A program made the translations under genes and the position numbers. A stretch of 62,718 bases of DNA from Promethearchaeota archaeon. Lineage in GTDB: Archaea > Asgardarchaeota > Lokiarchaeia > Sigyniarchaeales > SOKP01. The notes beneath the pieces were generated by a model. It was not told the DNA's origin. It saw only the letters and a list, made by a program, of their open reading frames with translations, and made no database searches. This document shows positions 30,701 to 39,253 of the stretch, one piece after another. The DNA lies in assembly GCA_019057865.1 (NCBI GenBank), contig JAHLWP010000023.1, positions 1 through 62,718 of the forward strand. Direction: 5' to 3'. Position 1 is the stretch's first letter. Every line of letters begins with the position of its first letter.

Positions 30701-31628
30701 TAGAATGTATAAGCATTGGTTTAATATTTAATTCTCTAATAATTTCTAAAGATTTCTCGCAAAAATTTATACCTTTATCAGCAAGATCTTTTTGTTCTTT
30801 CTCATCATAAATAAACCTAGCCGCAATTTGGCAATTTATAGAACCCTTAGAATGGTAAATTAAAGCTTTATTGTATTTGTCATCACATTGTTCAACATAC
30901 TTTAAACCTTCATTGCAATTATCAAGGAACTTATTAAGAATCAGTTCCTGTTCACTATTCATCCAAAAAAGTTTATCTGTTCTGGAAAAACTTATCCAAG
31001 TTTTGATGGCATTAATAAAATTGTTTATGAATAAAAAACTTCCTATATATTCTTTATAATCTAATTCATATGATAAATTCCAACCTTGTTCATTTATTTC
31101 AGCACCTTTTTGGCATAATTGCTCAAATTCAACAGGATCGTCACAATATTGTAATAAATAACCTAAAGTAATTGTAGATTGGTTTAAAATCCTCAATAAA
31201 TTGCTTTTATCATTTTTTTTATTATAAATTTCACTAACTTCTATGTATTTTTCAAAAGAATTAAGATAAAATTCTTTACAATATTCAGGAGATATTCCCC
31301 TGTCTGCTTTAACTCTAAATTGTCCTGCTATACACTCTAATTCTTTTACTTTATCATTCATCTCTTTATAAAGCCTTATTGCCTTATCATATGCTTTTAT
31401 GGAATTTTCTATCCATTTTTTATGTTCTTCCTCTGTTTCAGCTGTTAAATTTGCCATTTGGTAAATGTTTCCAATTTTTTCATAAATTTTTGCAATTATT
31501 TTTATATCTTTCTTATCTATTAGAGATTCTAGGACTTGTTTATACAATTTAGCAGCTTCTATTAAATTATAATTCTTTTGCTCTACTTCTGCTTTTACTA
31601 ATAATTCAGCGGGGTCTATTTTTACCAT
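27783..31628 (-). CDS. Giant TPR/alpha-SNAP-like solenoid protein with C-terminal nitrilase domain, copy B
   Basis: Same architecture as copy A: KIGIGQ, LIFPEM, QEKHIP and IVICRDF; a collinear paralogue. Confidence 0.85.
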   Translation of the reverse strand: MVKIDPAELLVKAEVEQKNYNLIEAAKLYKQVLESLIDKKDIKIIAKIYEKIGNIYQMANLTAETEEEHKKWIENSIKAYDKAIRLYKEMNDKVKELECIAGQFRVKADRGISPEYCKEFYLNSFEKYIEVSEIYNKKNDKSNLLRILNQSTITLGYLLQYCDDPVEFEQLCQKGAEINEQGWNLSYELDYKEYIGSFLFINNFINAIKTWISFSRTDKLFWMNSEQELILNKFLDNCNEGLKYVEQCDDKYNKALIYHSKGSINCQIAARFIYDEKEQKDLADKGINFCEKSLEIIRELNIKPMLIHSIFWLDYHLAILGRFQDLQKRILADINEIQEKGKIYQNLYSFWSFLTNFLSAISYQNFTQRSFLKPDLRRIYAKKGIKELEDGLKKLTFGPFLPISYQILTNLYSQLVLLTPKRENREKLIKNMFECAHAAEKAGNKYKAGMSRAAGYISLYRAHKTLSDILVNKQEKIKNLLIAIDATKNHIEFSIESYRDFIADRMHLGLLYEDFAILTKQKEPLSQARESFLNLVKDTGEKGYYYHTAAAYEYLARIEDRLGNHLASAQQYEMASKAHIKSLKKIQFKPLKDRVKEKIEYDNAWKLIEEAKVNHKKEDHLKAKEQYDMACEILKNLSKYQYEASYYSSWALLEVSEDASKKEEHQDAINKYQDTKESFEKSIDVLKEALTQSSNKIEIERISKLEKVANVRINYCLARINLEKARILQKKGEHLSAAENFALAASQFRDICTLFKIERERKELEAIYHLCRAWEGMELAENYQEPERFLEASKLFLKASDLFTDRKLKLLASGNSSVCLALENGCKFDDSTDIEKKADYYKKVRMMLRKASSSYERGGFNGGADWALATSSYFDALWHLIKADQELELDNRKKQLEVGTKYLKSAADIFEKSGYKERHEEIYEKLHRIEREEMILYSALNTISNPVISRSTAGIVAPACPIESSLSPRLSEINQLTVEASELSDSMEKARKYNLIYNDLLKQYSKIQRNTCKIGIGQIGLSKSGDILKEFFDIKKLGLLGIKENVLNSLRSTYKEIIEKANSSGVDILIFPEMMIDLNYNEVIEELMNYAKIYDMYIIPGSYHDEKSKKNISTVISPEGILWEQEKHIPATIHIEGKKVKEAIETSSYPRNTTICNTEFGRIAIVICRDFLDMDLRVELKNFEPPVDILINPAFTPVTADFKAAHFDARRSIYAYCFFANVAEFGESLIYTPEKDRTERMIPAKEEGLIYKDVDIFKLRSERKKWEKVQKKEKQFIQSTR

Positions 31629-31776
31629 CCTTGATTATTATTTCATCTTAAATTGAAAAGTAATTTTTCTTGGTTTTCATATTTTAACTCTTTAGTAATA
31701 ATGAGATTTCTCAATTTATAATTCTTTACGTTTTTTTCAAATAGTTAAATGTATTATCATTTAGAGTAGGAGTATC

Positions 31777-32583
31777 TCAAAAATACATTCGTATAGCCAA
31801 TCCCATCAATACGATAGCTACAATAAATTGAAGATAGTTACGAGGTATTTTGTTTGAGACCTTAGCTCCAAAAATCGATCCTAAAATGGCACCTATACCA
31901 ATGAAAATTCCAATTAAAAAATTAATTTGACCAAGAAAGCTCTTAACAATGGTGTTATAAATAGCAGTAAAAAAGATTATTGAAGTGGAAATTGCAGTAG
32001 CATTATGAATAGGATATTGTAGCACAATATGTAAGGAAGGTGTGTTAATAATTCCACCACCTATACCAAGTAGATTTGCTGTAAAGCCAGCTAAGATAAA
32101 TAATGGTATAGATTTCATAAGATTAATTTTATAATCGTGTTCTTTAAGAATGAATTCCTTCTCAATTAAATCCTCTGAGTGCCCTTTATTTATAGTATGT
32201 ATTGCTTTATAGACCATATTCAAACCTCCAATAAGTAATAAGGAAGCAAAGATCATTTTTAATAAAGTATTGTTTATCTGAATAATTGAAAATATAATAC
32301 TAGCAGAAATGCTTCCTAAAATAGAAAAAGTTGCAAATAGTAGAGATAATTTTATAGCAGTTCTTTTTTGCTTTAAATAGGATATGAAACCTGCTAAAGA
32401 AGAAATTAAAATTATAAAGGTAGATGTATCTATTGCTTTATTAATGGGGATTAAAAATAGGAGAGTCATAATAGAAACAAAAAAAATACCCCCTCCCACA
32501 CCAGAAATAACAGAAATTGTACCTGTTAAGAAACCGAGAAATATTAATAAAAAAATAATCCCCAGTGATAGTTCCATAAACAA
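31777..32583 (-). CDS. TauE/SafE sulfite exporter family protein
   Basis: Duplicated GVGGG and GIGGG motifs with about 8 TM segments. Confidence 0.88.
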   Translation of the reverse strand: MFMELSLGIIFLLIFLGFLTGTISVISGVGGGIFFVSIMTLLFLIPINKAIDTSTFIILISSLAGFISYLKQKRTAIKLSLLFATFSILGSISASIIFSIIQINNTLLKMIFASLLLIGGLNMVYKAIHTINKGHSEDLIEKEFILKEHDYKINLMKSIPLFILAGFTANLLGIGGGIINTPSLHIVLQYPIHNATAISTSIIFFTAIYNTIVKSFLGQINFLIGIFIGIGAILGSIFGAKVSNKIPRNYLQFIVAIVLMGLAIRMYF

Positions 32584-32707
32584 CCAAATATCTTTTATCT
32601 CAAAAAGTTTCTTAAAATACGGTATTACTAAAAAAAATCAATAATTAAATTATAGAAACGTTATTAATTTAGTAAGTAAATAACCTTAATTTTTGATAAT
32701 ATATCAT

Positions 32708-33103
32708 ATGCCTGATTCTAACGACGAAAAACTAATAGTTGAACTTGTTGCTTGTTCCCGATGTGGCAATCCTTTTATGGTAGAAAAAGGAAAAAAATCT
32801 TCGGGTGACCTTGTTTGTGATAATTGTATTAAACTAGAACAAAGAAAAAAACAGTTAGCATTAGGTGTTATTGATAATGTACTTGAATCTCAAAAAGAAA
32901 TAGGAGATTCAATTATGGAAGTGAAGAATAAAATATCACAATCTCAGTCTAATAAGCAATTTTTCCTAGAAAAAATTAAGAGAAAATCTGAGTCTCTTAC
33001 AAAGTCCATTGAGCTCTTACAAAAAATAGATAAGACAAAAGAAGAAAAATTTATTGATGAATACAAAAAATTGTTCGAGAAATTAAAGAAAGATTATTCT
33101 TAA
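32708..33103 (+). CDS. Zn-finger plus coiled-coil hypothetical protein
   Basis: CSRC...CDNC followed by heptad-like helices; ATG 32708 preferred over TTG 32693. Confidence 0.7.
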   Translation: MPDSNDEKLIVELVACSRCGNPFMVEKGKKSSGDLVCDNCIKLEQRKKQLALGVIDNVLESQKEIGDSIMEVKNKISQSQSNKQFFLEKIKRKSESLTKSIELLQKIDKTKEEKFIDEYKKLFEKLKKDYS

Positions 33104-33122
33104 ACTATTTTTTAAATCTAAC

Positions 33123-33884
33123 TTACATCTTTATGAAAATAAATGCTAAGTTCATTATTTTATTAAGTGAATGATATTTTGCATCCAATTTCATGAATTT
33201 AGCCATAGATATAACGATTATATTCCAAATCTTTCGAAAAATAATATTTGATTCATAACGATATCTTAATTTTAATATCTTTCTTTCAATTTTTTTAGGA
33301 TTTGTAGTTTGAATATCTGCGATACGCATCAATTGTCCATAGATTCCAAAGAATTTTATTGTCTTCAATTTATACTTTTTAAATAATCCTTTTACTTGGT
33401 TTATTTCATAACGTCTATAATGTCCTATCAATTTATCTTGGTTTGTGTAAAATCTCATACTATGAGGGACTGTAATAACTGCTATTCCATTTTTTTTTAA
33501 AATTCTGCTGATTTCGGAAACTGCTATTTGGTCATCTTTAATATGTTCCAACACATCCAGAGCACATATAAAATCAAATGAACCACTACGATATGGTAGC
33601 CGTAAAATATCTCCACAAACAGGATACAAGTAAATCTTTGAAGAATATTGTTTTAAGGGGAGATTAGCGAGATCAAAAAAAGATTTATGAAAACTATTAT
33701 TAAATACGTATAGAAATGAATTACCTGAACATCCAATATCTATTGCATTTTTTAATTGATTCTTCAAATTGAGATTTTCTTTTAATAAATCGAATTTACA
33801 TCTGATTCCTGGAGAAAGAAAATATTCATTTATAGTTCTGTGAGAAAAATTCTTATGTTCTTCGTAAAATCTCTTTTTATTCAT
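33123..33884 (-). CDS. Class I SAM-dependent methyltransferase
   Basis: IDIGCSG, LPYRSGSFD, DVLEH, RILKKNG and GHYRRY. Confidence 0.88.
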   Translation of the reverse strand: MNKKRFYEEHKNFSHRTINEYFLSPGIRCKFDLLKENLNLKNQLKNAIDIGCSGNSFLYVFNNSFHKSFFDLANLPLKQYSSKIYLYPVCGDILRLPYRSGSFDFICALDVLEHIKDDQIAVSEISRILKKNGIAVITVPHSMRFYTNQDKLIGHYRRYEINQVKGLFKKYKLKTIKFFGIYGQLMRIADIQTTNPKKIERKILKLRYRYESNIIFRKIWNIIVISMAKFMKLDAKYHSLNKIMNLAFIFIKM

Positions 33885-34070
33885 AAAAATAGTTAAAATG
33901 ATAATTTAAAAATAAATAGGCTAGTTATTATATATTTAGTTATCAAAATTCTTATTTTTTTCTCTATGTGGGTCGCCATTCTTTAAAGCCTTTTTAAGTA
34001 ATCGAAAATATTAAAAATTAATATTAAAAATTACAGTTAATTTATTTTACAAAAATAATTTTATTTAACG

Positions 34071-34478
34071 ATGATTCAACTAAGTGTACTTTTGGAAGAT
34101 AAGCCAGGGGAACTCGCTAATTTTATTAAGCTACTTATGGATAATAAAATCTTTATAAGAGCTTTAACTGTAGCAAAAACATCCGAATATGGATTACTAT
34201 TAATTCTAGTTGATAAACCAGAACAGTGTGTTGATCTTTTGGATGAAAATAATTTTACTTTATCCACTACAGAAGTCATTGCTGTAAGATTAAATGATAA
34301 CCCAAATGCATTGTATGAAATTCCAAAAACATTAGGTGATAATAAAATCAATATTGATTACTTTTATTCTACTTTAATAAAAGAAGAAGCTCTACTTATA
34401 TTGCGTATAGAAGATCAAATTATCGAGGAAGCATTAAATACTTTAAAAGAGAAAGGATTTACTATAGTAGAAAAATAA
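34071..34478 (+). CDS. Tandem ACT-domain protein
   Basis: QLSVLLEDKPGEL...IRAL and second repeat LNDNPNAL...INIDYFY. Confidence 0.88.
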   Translation: MIQLSVLLEDKPGELANFIKLLMDNKIFIRALTVAKTSEYGLLLILVDKPEQCVDLLDENNFTLSTTEVIAVRLNDNPNALYEIPKTLGDNKINIDYFYSTLIKEEALLILRIEDQIIEEALNTLKEKGFTIVEK

Positions 34479-34529
34479 CATCTATAATTTTTGTTTTTTA
34501 CTAAAATTTATTTTCATTCTTCTATTAAA

Positions 34530-37064
34530 TTAAAAAAGATCATCATCAAGATCTTCATTCCCCTCTGGGAATCTTCCGAATTCTTGCATGAATTGTTGAA
34601 GTAATTCACTCTCTCTTTTTGTGTACATTGGATCTTCATCATAATCAAAATAACAAGCCTTTATATTTGTTTTTAATTGTTCCTCTAATGCTAAACGTAA
34701 ATTAGGAGTTCCTTGTATTAAGATTATCTCTTGATTCTCATTTAAGACTTGAATAGCACCTTCCGTCTCGGGTACTAATAGAACATTGTCAGTAATTAAT
34801 TCTAACCATTTTTGAGGGGGAAGCACTACAGGTGAGATTTCAAAACGTAGATCACATCTTAAACAACGATTAGCCTCTTCCAAGGCTAAATTTTCATCAA
34901 AACCTAGTTCAATTTCATTAAAACTGCTTTGACGTTCTTTTAAAGATAAAAGCGGCATTTGAGAACGCGATTTATCAAAAAAGTTTTCATCACGTCCCAA
35001 GAATGGGTTAGAAACCTCTTTTTCAGTAAATATATCTTCCATTTCGCCATTCCCTCCCAAATACTTATCAATTGAAGTAGCAGCTTTTCGTCCCATCTCA
35101 ATTGCATCAACTACAGAACCGGGGTTTATTACAACTTCACCACCCGCAAAAATTCCAGGGATATTTGTCTCTAAAGTTTCTTCTTTAGTTTGAATCAATC
35201 CTTCTGTAGAGATTTTAATTTTGTTCTCTCCCTCCAAAAGAGATAAATCAGGAATTTGGCCTATAGCCATTATTATCATGTCTGTTTTAATCGATTTAGT
35301 ATTTTTTTCATCAAAAATAGGATTGAATTTGTTATTTTCATCAAATATTGAGTCACAGTGGATAAGTTCTACCTCAGACACTTTACCATCCATATCAGTG
35401 ATTTTTTTTGGTCCCCATGAACAATTAAGTGTTATGCCCTCATCTATTGCTTTTTGAATTTCCCATTCATGAGCAGGCATCTCTTCCCTACATTCTAAGC
35501 AGGTTAATTGGACTTCTCTAACTCCTAATCGTTTAGCTGTTAAAGCTACATCTATTGCTACATTACCTCCCCCGATAACAATAACATTTTCAGTAATCTT
35601 AACTTCTTTACCAAGATTGATTTCTTTCAAAAAGTCAAGACCCCATAGAATATTTGGTAGATTTGAACCTTCTATCTCAAGTTTTTTGGTATTTTGAGCA
35701 CCAATAGCTAAAAATATGGCATCAAAGCCCTGTTCTTTTAAATCATCAAGCGATAAATGTTCTCCTATAAGTTTTTCTGTTTGGATATCAATTCCCGTAC
35801 TTAATATATGATCAAGATCTTTTTGAAGGACAACTCGTGGTAATCGATATTCAGGAATTCCTACTCTCAACATTCCTCCCATATAAGAATTAGTTTCAAA
35901 CACTGTAACAGAATGGCCAATTCTCCTTAAATAATAAGCTGCTGTGAGTCCTGCTGGACCAGAACCAATCACGGCCACTTTTTTCCCCGTTGAAGAGCCA
36001 ATTTTTATTTGTGATTTCCACAATTCAGTATCATGGTCCATTGCAAAACGTTTTAGTGCACAAATAGCAATAGGTTCATTAATTTGGTTTCGACGGCATT
36101 TGATTTCACAATCATGAAAGCAAACTCTTCCAAGAACTGAAGGAAAAGGTGTTTTTTCGCGGACAACTGCCGCTGCTTCAGCATACTTTTTCTCTGCAAT
36201 CAATCGAATATATCGTGGTACATCAATCCCTAATGGGCAAGTATCTCTACAAGGGACAAGCTGTTTTTCACGTTCAGCCCAAAGGATATCTTTATCTGTC
36301 AGTGCTCCTGTTGGGCAAACCTCAACACAAGCACCGCAGAATTTACATCCCGATTCCTTAAGAGTAGGGGCTATGCTCCCAACTATGGTTTCTCCATTAG
36401 AATAAACGAACCCTAAGGCTTCAACACCACGGAGATCTCGACAGACTCTAACACATCTAGTACATCCGATACATAACTCGTAATTCCGGATAAAAAGAGG
36501 TTCATCCTCAATAATCGTACGTCCTCGGGGAATATAACGTGGAGTATCTTCTCGAATTCCAATATTCTCAGCAATTTTTTGTAATTCACATCGTCCTAAG
36601 ATTGGACAACAACGTTCCTCTACAGGAACATTAGGCGAACATGGTTCACGACTACAACCTTCGCGTTGGGCACAAACCAAACAGGCATGTGGATGTGTTG
36701 AAAGTATCTGCATTAACTTCTCACGACGCAGAGCTTGAATTTCCGATGTATTAGTCAAGATTATCATACCCTCTTCGATCATAGTACTACAAGATGTAGA
36801 TAAACCTTCAATCCCTTCTACTTTTACAACGCAAAGTTGGCATCCTTCATGTCCTTGGGATGAAAAAATAGAATTATCATTTTTGATTTGAGTATTCCCT
36901 TGAAAAACAAATTCTATTGGTTTCATTCCTATTAGGGGTGGTAAATCTGGGTGTGCACAAAGACTAGGAATATAAATTCCAGCATTTTTAGATGCTTCTA
37001 AAATAGTAATTCCTTTTTTAGTATCAATTTTAGTCCCGTTAATAGTAATTGATATCGTTTCCAT
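34530..37064 (-). CDS. bzdV: BzdV-like NAD(P)H:ferredoxin oxidoreductase (2Fe-2S/NuoG-like N-terminus, 2x[4Fe-4S], GltD-like FAD domain, C-terminal extra domain)
   Basis: IPSLCAHP, GCQLCVV, CIGCTRCVRVC, CKFCGACVEVCP, PCRDTCP, GRVC, GSGPAG, GIPEYRLP, GGGNVAID and EANRCLRC; last gene of the bzd operon. Confidence 0.72.
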   Translation of the reverse strand: METISITINGTKIDTKKGITILEASKNAGIYIPSLCAHPDLPPLIGMKPIEFVFQGNTQIKNDNSIFSSQGHEGCQLCVVKVEGIEGLSTSCSTMIEEGMIILTNTSEIQALRREKLMQILSTHPHACLVCAQREGCSREPCSPNVPVEERCCPILGRCELQKIAENIGIREDTPRYIPRGRTIIEDEPLFIRNYELCIGCTRCVRVCRDLRGVEALGFVYSNGETIVGSIAPTLKESGCKFCGACVEVCPTGALTDKDILWAEREKQLVPCRDTCPLGIDVPRYIRLIAEKKYAEAAAVVREKTPFPSVLGRVCFHDCEIKCRRNQINEPIAICALKRFAMDHDTELWKSQIKIGSSTGKKVAVIGSGPAGLTAAYYLRRIGHSVTVFETNSYMGGMLRVGIPEYRLPRVVLQKDLDHILSTGIDIQTEKLIGEHLSLDDLKEQGFDAIFLAIGAQNTKKLEIEGSNLPNILWGLDFLKEINLGKEVKITENVIVIGGGNVAIDVALTAKRLGVREVQLTCLECREEMPAHEWEIQKAIDEGITLNCSWGPKKITDMDGKVSEVELIHCDSIFDENNKFNPIFDEKNTKSIKTDMIIMAIGQIPDLSLLEGENKIKISTEGLIQTKEETLETNIPGIFAGGEVVINPGSVVDAIEMGRKAATSIDKYLGGNGEMEDIFTEKEVSNPFLGRDENFFDKSRSQMPLLSLKERQSSFNEIELGFDENLALEEANRCLRCDLRFEISPVVLPPQKWLELITDNVLLVPETEGAIQVLNENQEIILIQGTPNLRLALEEQLKTNIKACYFDYDEDPMYTKRESELLQQFMQEFGRFPEGNEDLDDDLF

Positions 37065-37172
37065 TTTTTACACTCTCTAAAAATAATTAGATCAAGAAAC
37101 AATCGTAAAAAAAAATTATGGTATGGATCGATATTTATTATTTGAAATAATAAATAAATATCTACTTATATT

Positions 37173-37460
37173 CTACCAAGAGTGAGATAATGCGCCAGGT
37201 TCACAAGCTTGTACACAAGGTAATTCCTTTGACCTACCACCTGGTTTACAAGGAGCACATGAGTATTTAATTTTCTTGCGGTGTTCTTCAGTGACGGTTG
37301 CTATGATTTCATCCCCTAGGGGATCTAGTTCATTTTCAGCCATTTCTAGTACACCTACAGGGCATGCTTCAACACATCTTCCACATGAATTACATAGATC
37401 AGTATCTACAGTGATAAAATATTCTCCTGAGCCATCCTTATAACCATAATTAGCTTTCAT
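37173..37460 (-). CDS. Benzoyl-CoA-reductase-associated 2x[4Fe-4S] ferredoxin
   Basis: CNSCGRCVEACP and CAPC...PCVQAC; located between bzdQ and the bzdV-like gene. Confidence 0.85.
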   Translation of the reverse strand: MKANYGYKDGSGEYFITVDTDLCNSCGRCVEACPVGVLEMAENELDPLGDEIIATVTEEHRKKIKYSCAPCKPGGRSKELPCVQACEPGALSHSW

Positions 37461-37498
37461 CCTTCACTTCCTCTTGTTTTAAATATTTAAATGAGATT

Positions 37499-38386
37499 TT
37501 AAGCTTTCTTGCGCTCTTTTTCGACAAGAATCTTTCCAAACAAGGCTGCCCCAATTGCTCCGGCGAGTTGTGGATCGATAGTTGATTCAGAGGCTTTGAT
37601 TTTCAGTTCATCCTCAATTCTTTTAACAACTCCAATATTTTTAGCAATTCCCCCGGTTATGGCAAATTTCTCTTCTATTCCAAGCCGTAGTAATAAAGTC
37701 ACTATACGATGTGCCATTGCTGCGCAATAAGCTGCCAAAACCTTTTCTTTGGGCCAACCCTTTCTAAGTAACCCAACAGCTTCTGATTTAGCAAATACCA
37801 CACAAGTGCTACTAACTGGTTCTGGTTCTTCATCTACTTGCAAAGACATTTTTCCTACATCATTAATGTGTACTTGAAGCAAATCTGCAAATACTTCCAT
37901 TCCTCTTCCTGTTCCTGCAGCACATTTATCATTCATGAGGAACGCAGTAACTTTACCACGATGATCACAACGAATTGCTTTACAATCTTGTCCTCCCATA
38001 TCCAATACTGTTCTTATCTCGGGACCATAAATAAAGTTAGCACCTCTAGCATGACAAGCGATTTCTGTAATAGCTCGATTTGAAAATGGTACATTAACTC
38101 GACCATATCCAGTTCCAACAACATATTGAATTTTATCTAGAGATAAACCTGTATCTTCAAGTGCCCAATTCATTGCATTATTGGCGCTATCTGGACTATT
38201 AGACCCTGTTCTCATGCTGCTATAACAATAGATTTCACCATCTACCATTATTACAGCTTGGGTGCTAACTGACCCAACGTCAACTCCTGCTGAAATAATA
38301 TCTCCATCTTGCCAGTTTAGATCTGGGTTAGTATAACGAGATTCAGTCCATCTCCAATATTCCTTGTCTAATTCTGCATTTGACAT
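37499..38386 (-). CDS. bzdQ: Benzoyl-CoA reductase, Bzd-type, subunit Q (ATPase/activator)
   Basis: N-terminal EYWRW, GVDVGSVSTQ, GTGYGR, TEIACHARG, DMGGQD, MNDKCAAGTGR and STCVVFAKSE. Confidence 0.9.
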   Translation of the reverse strand: MSNAELDKEYWRWTESRYTNPDLNWQDGDIISAGVDVGSVSTQAVIMVDGEIYCYSSMRTGSNSPDSANNAMNWALEDTGLSLDKIQYVVGTGYGRVNVPFSNRAITEIACHARGANFIYGPEIRTVLDMGGQDCKAIRCDHRGKVTAFLMNDKCAAGTGRGMEVFADLLQVHINDVGKMSLQVDEEPEPVSSTCVVFAKSEAVGLLRKGWPKEKVLAAYCAAMAHRIVTLLLRLGIEEKFAITGGIAKNIGVVKRIEDELKIKASESTIDPQLAGAIGAALFGKILVEKERKKA

Positions 38387-38390
38387 TATT

Positions 38391-39173
38391 TTAACCTCTA
38401 ATTTTATCTTGTGCTATAAGTGCTGCTCCTAACGCACTAACATATTCTGGAGCTACAACATCCTTTGGTACTAAGAGATCAAATCCAAGATTTCTATTCA
38501 TTGCATCTACAAACCCAATATTTTTCGCCATACCACCTATCAATGAGATATCTTTCTCAATACCTATTTGACGAAGCATACTTGTGTTTCTATCTGCAAT
38601 TGCATCATGTACGGCTCGAATTATATCCTCCTTCTTAGTTTTTTGATGTATTAATGATACGACTTCTGATTCTGCAAATATTGTACATTGTGCGTTCATT
38701 GGAATTTGTTTAGTTGATTTTAAAGATAATTCTCCCATTTCTTCAATTTCTACTTCTAATGCTCTAGACATAGCTTCTATAAACGCACCAGCCCCAGCAG
38801 CACATTTCTCATTTATACCAAAATCTTTAACTTTACCGTGTTCGTCAATTTTTACAACTCTTCCCTCTTCTGCTCCTATATCAACTATAGTGCGTACAGA
38901 AGGAAAAATAAAATAAGTTCCACGAGCATCGGCAGTGATTGTAGTTATATTAGTATCTGCAAACTTAATTGCATCCATCCCAGCTCCAGTGACAGTAATA
39001 TGTTTAATCTCTTCTCGTTTAATTCCCGCTTTATCAAGAGCACTATTTAATACTTGCTCTGCTGATTCTTCTTGATCAAATCCACTTAATACCGAAGCTG
39101 TAGATAAAATCTTATCATCAAAAATACAAACTTTTGTATTTTTTGAACCAGCATCCAGTCCTACTGTTATTAT
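38391..39173 (-). CDS. bzdP: Benzoyl-CoA reductase, Bzd-type, subunit P (ATPase/activator); probable ATA start
   Basis: The track ORF (from 38978) extends 65 codons in frame (IITVGLDAGSKNTK...VTGAG). Core motifs are DIGAEEGR, NEKCAAGAG and QCTIFAESE. Confidence 0.88.
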   Translation of the reverse strand: MITVGLDAGSKNTKVCIFDDKILSTASVLSGFDQEESAEQVLNSALDKAGIKREEIKHITVTGAGMDAIKFADTNITTITADARGTYFIFPSVRTIVDIGAEEGRVVKIDEHGKVKDFGINEKCAAGAGAFIEAMSRALEVEIEEMGELSLKSTKQIPMNAQCTIFAESEVVSLIHQKTKKEDIIRAVHDAIADRNTSMLRQIGIEKDISLIGGMAKNIGFVDAMNRNLGFDLLVPKDVVAPEYVSALGAALIAQDKIRG

Positions 39174-39253
39174 TTTAAACCACTCTTCATTCTTTTAATT
39201 TAAATTTTTAATGATAAACTTTTTTTTGATTATAAAAAAAATCTATAAATTGA

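Noticed and set aside
32384-32644. 86-aa plus-strand ORF
   Set aside because: Antisense shadow of the hydrophobic TauE gene.
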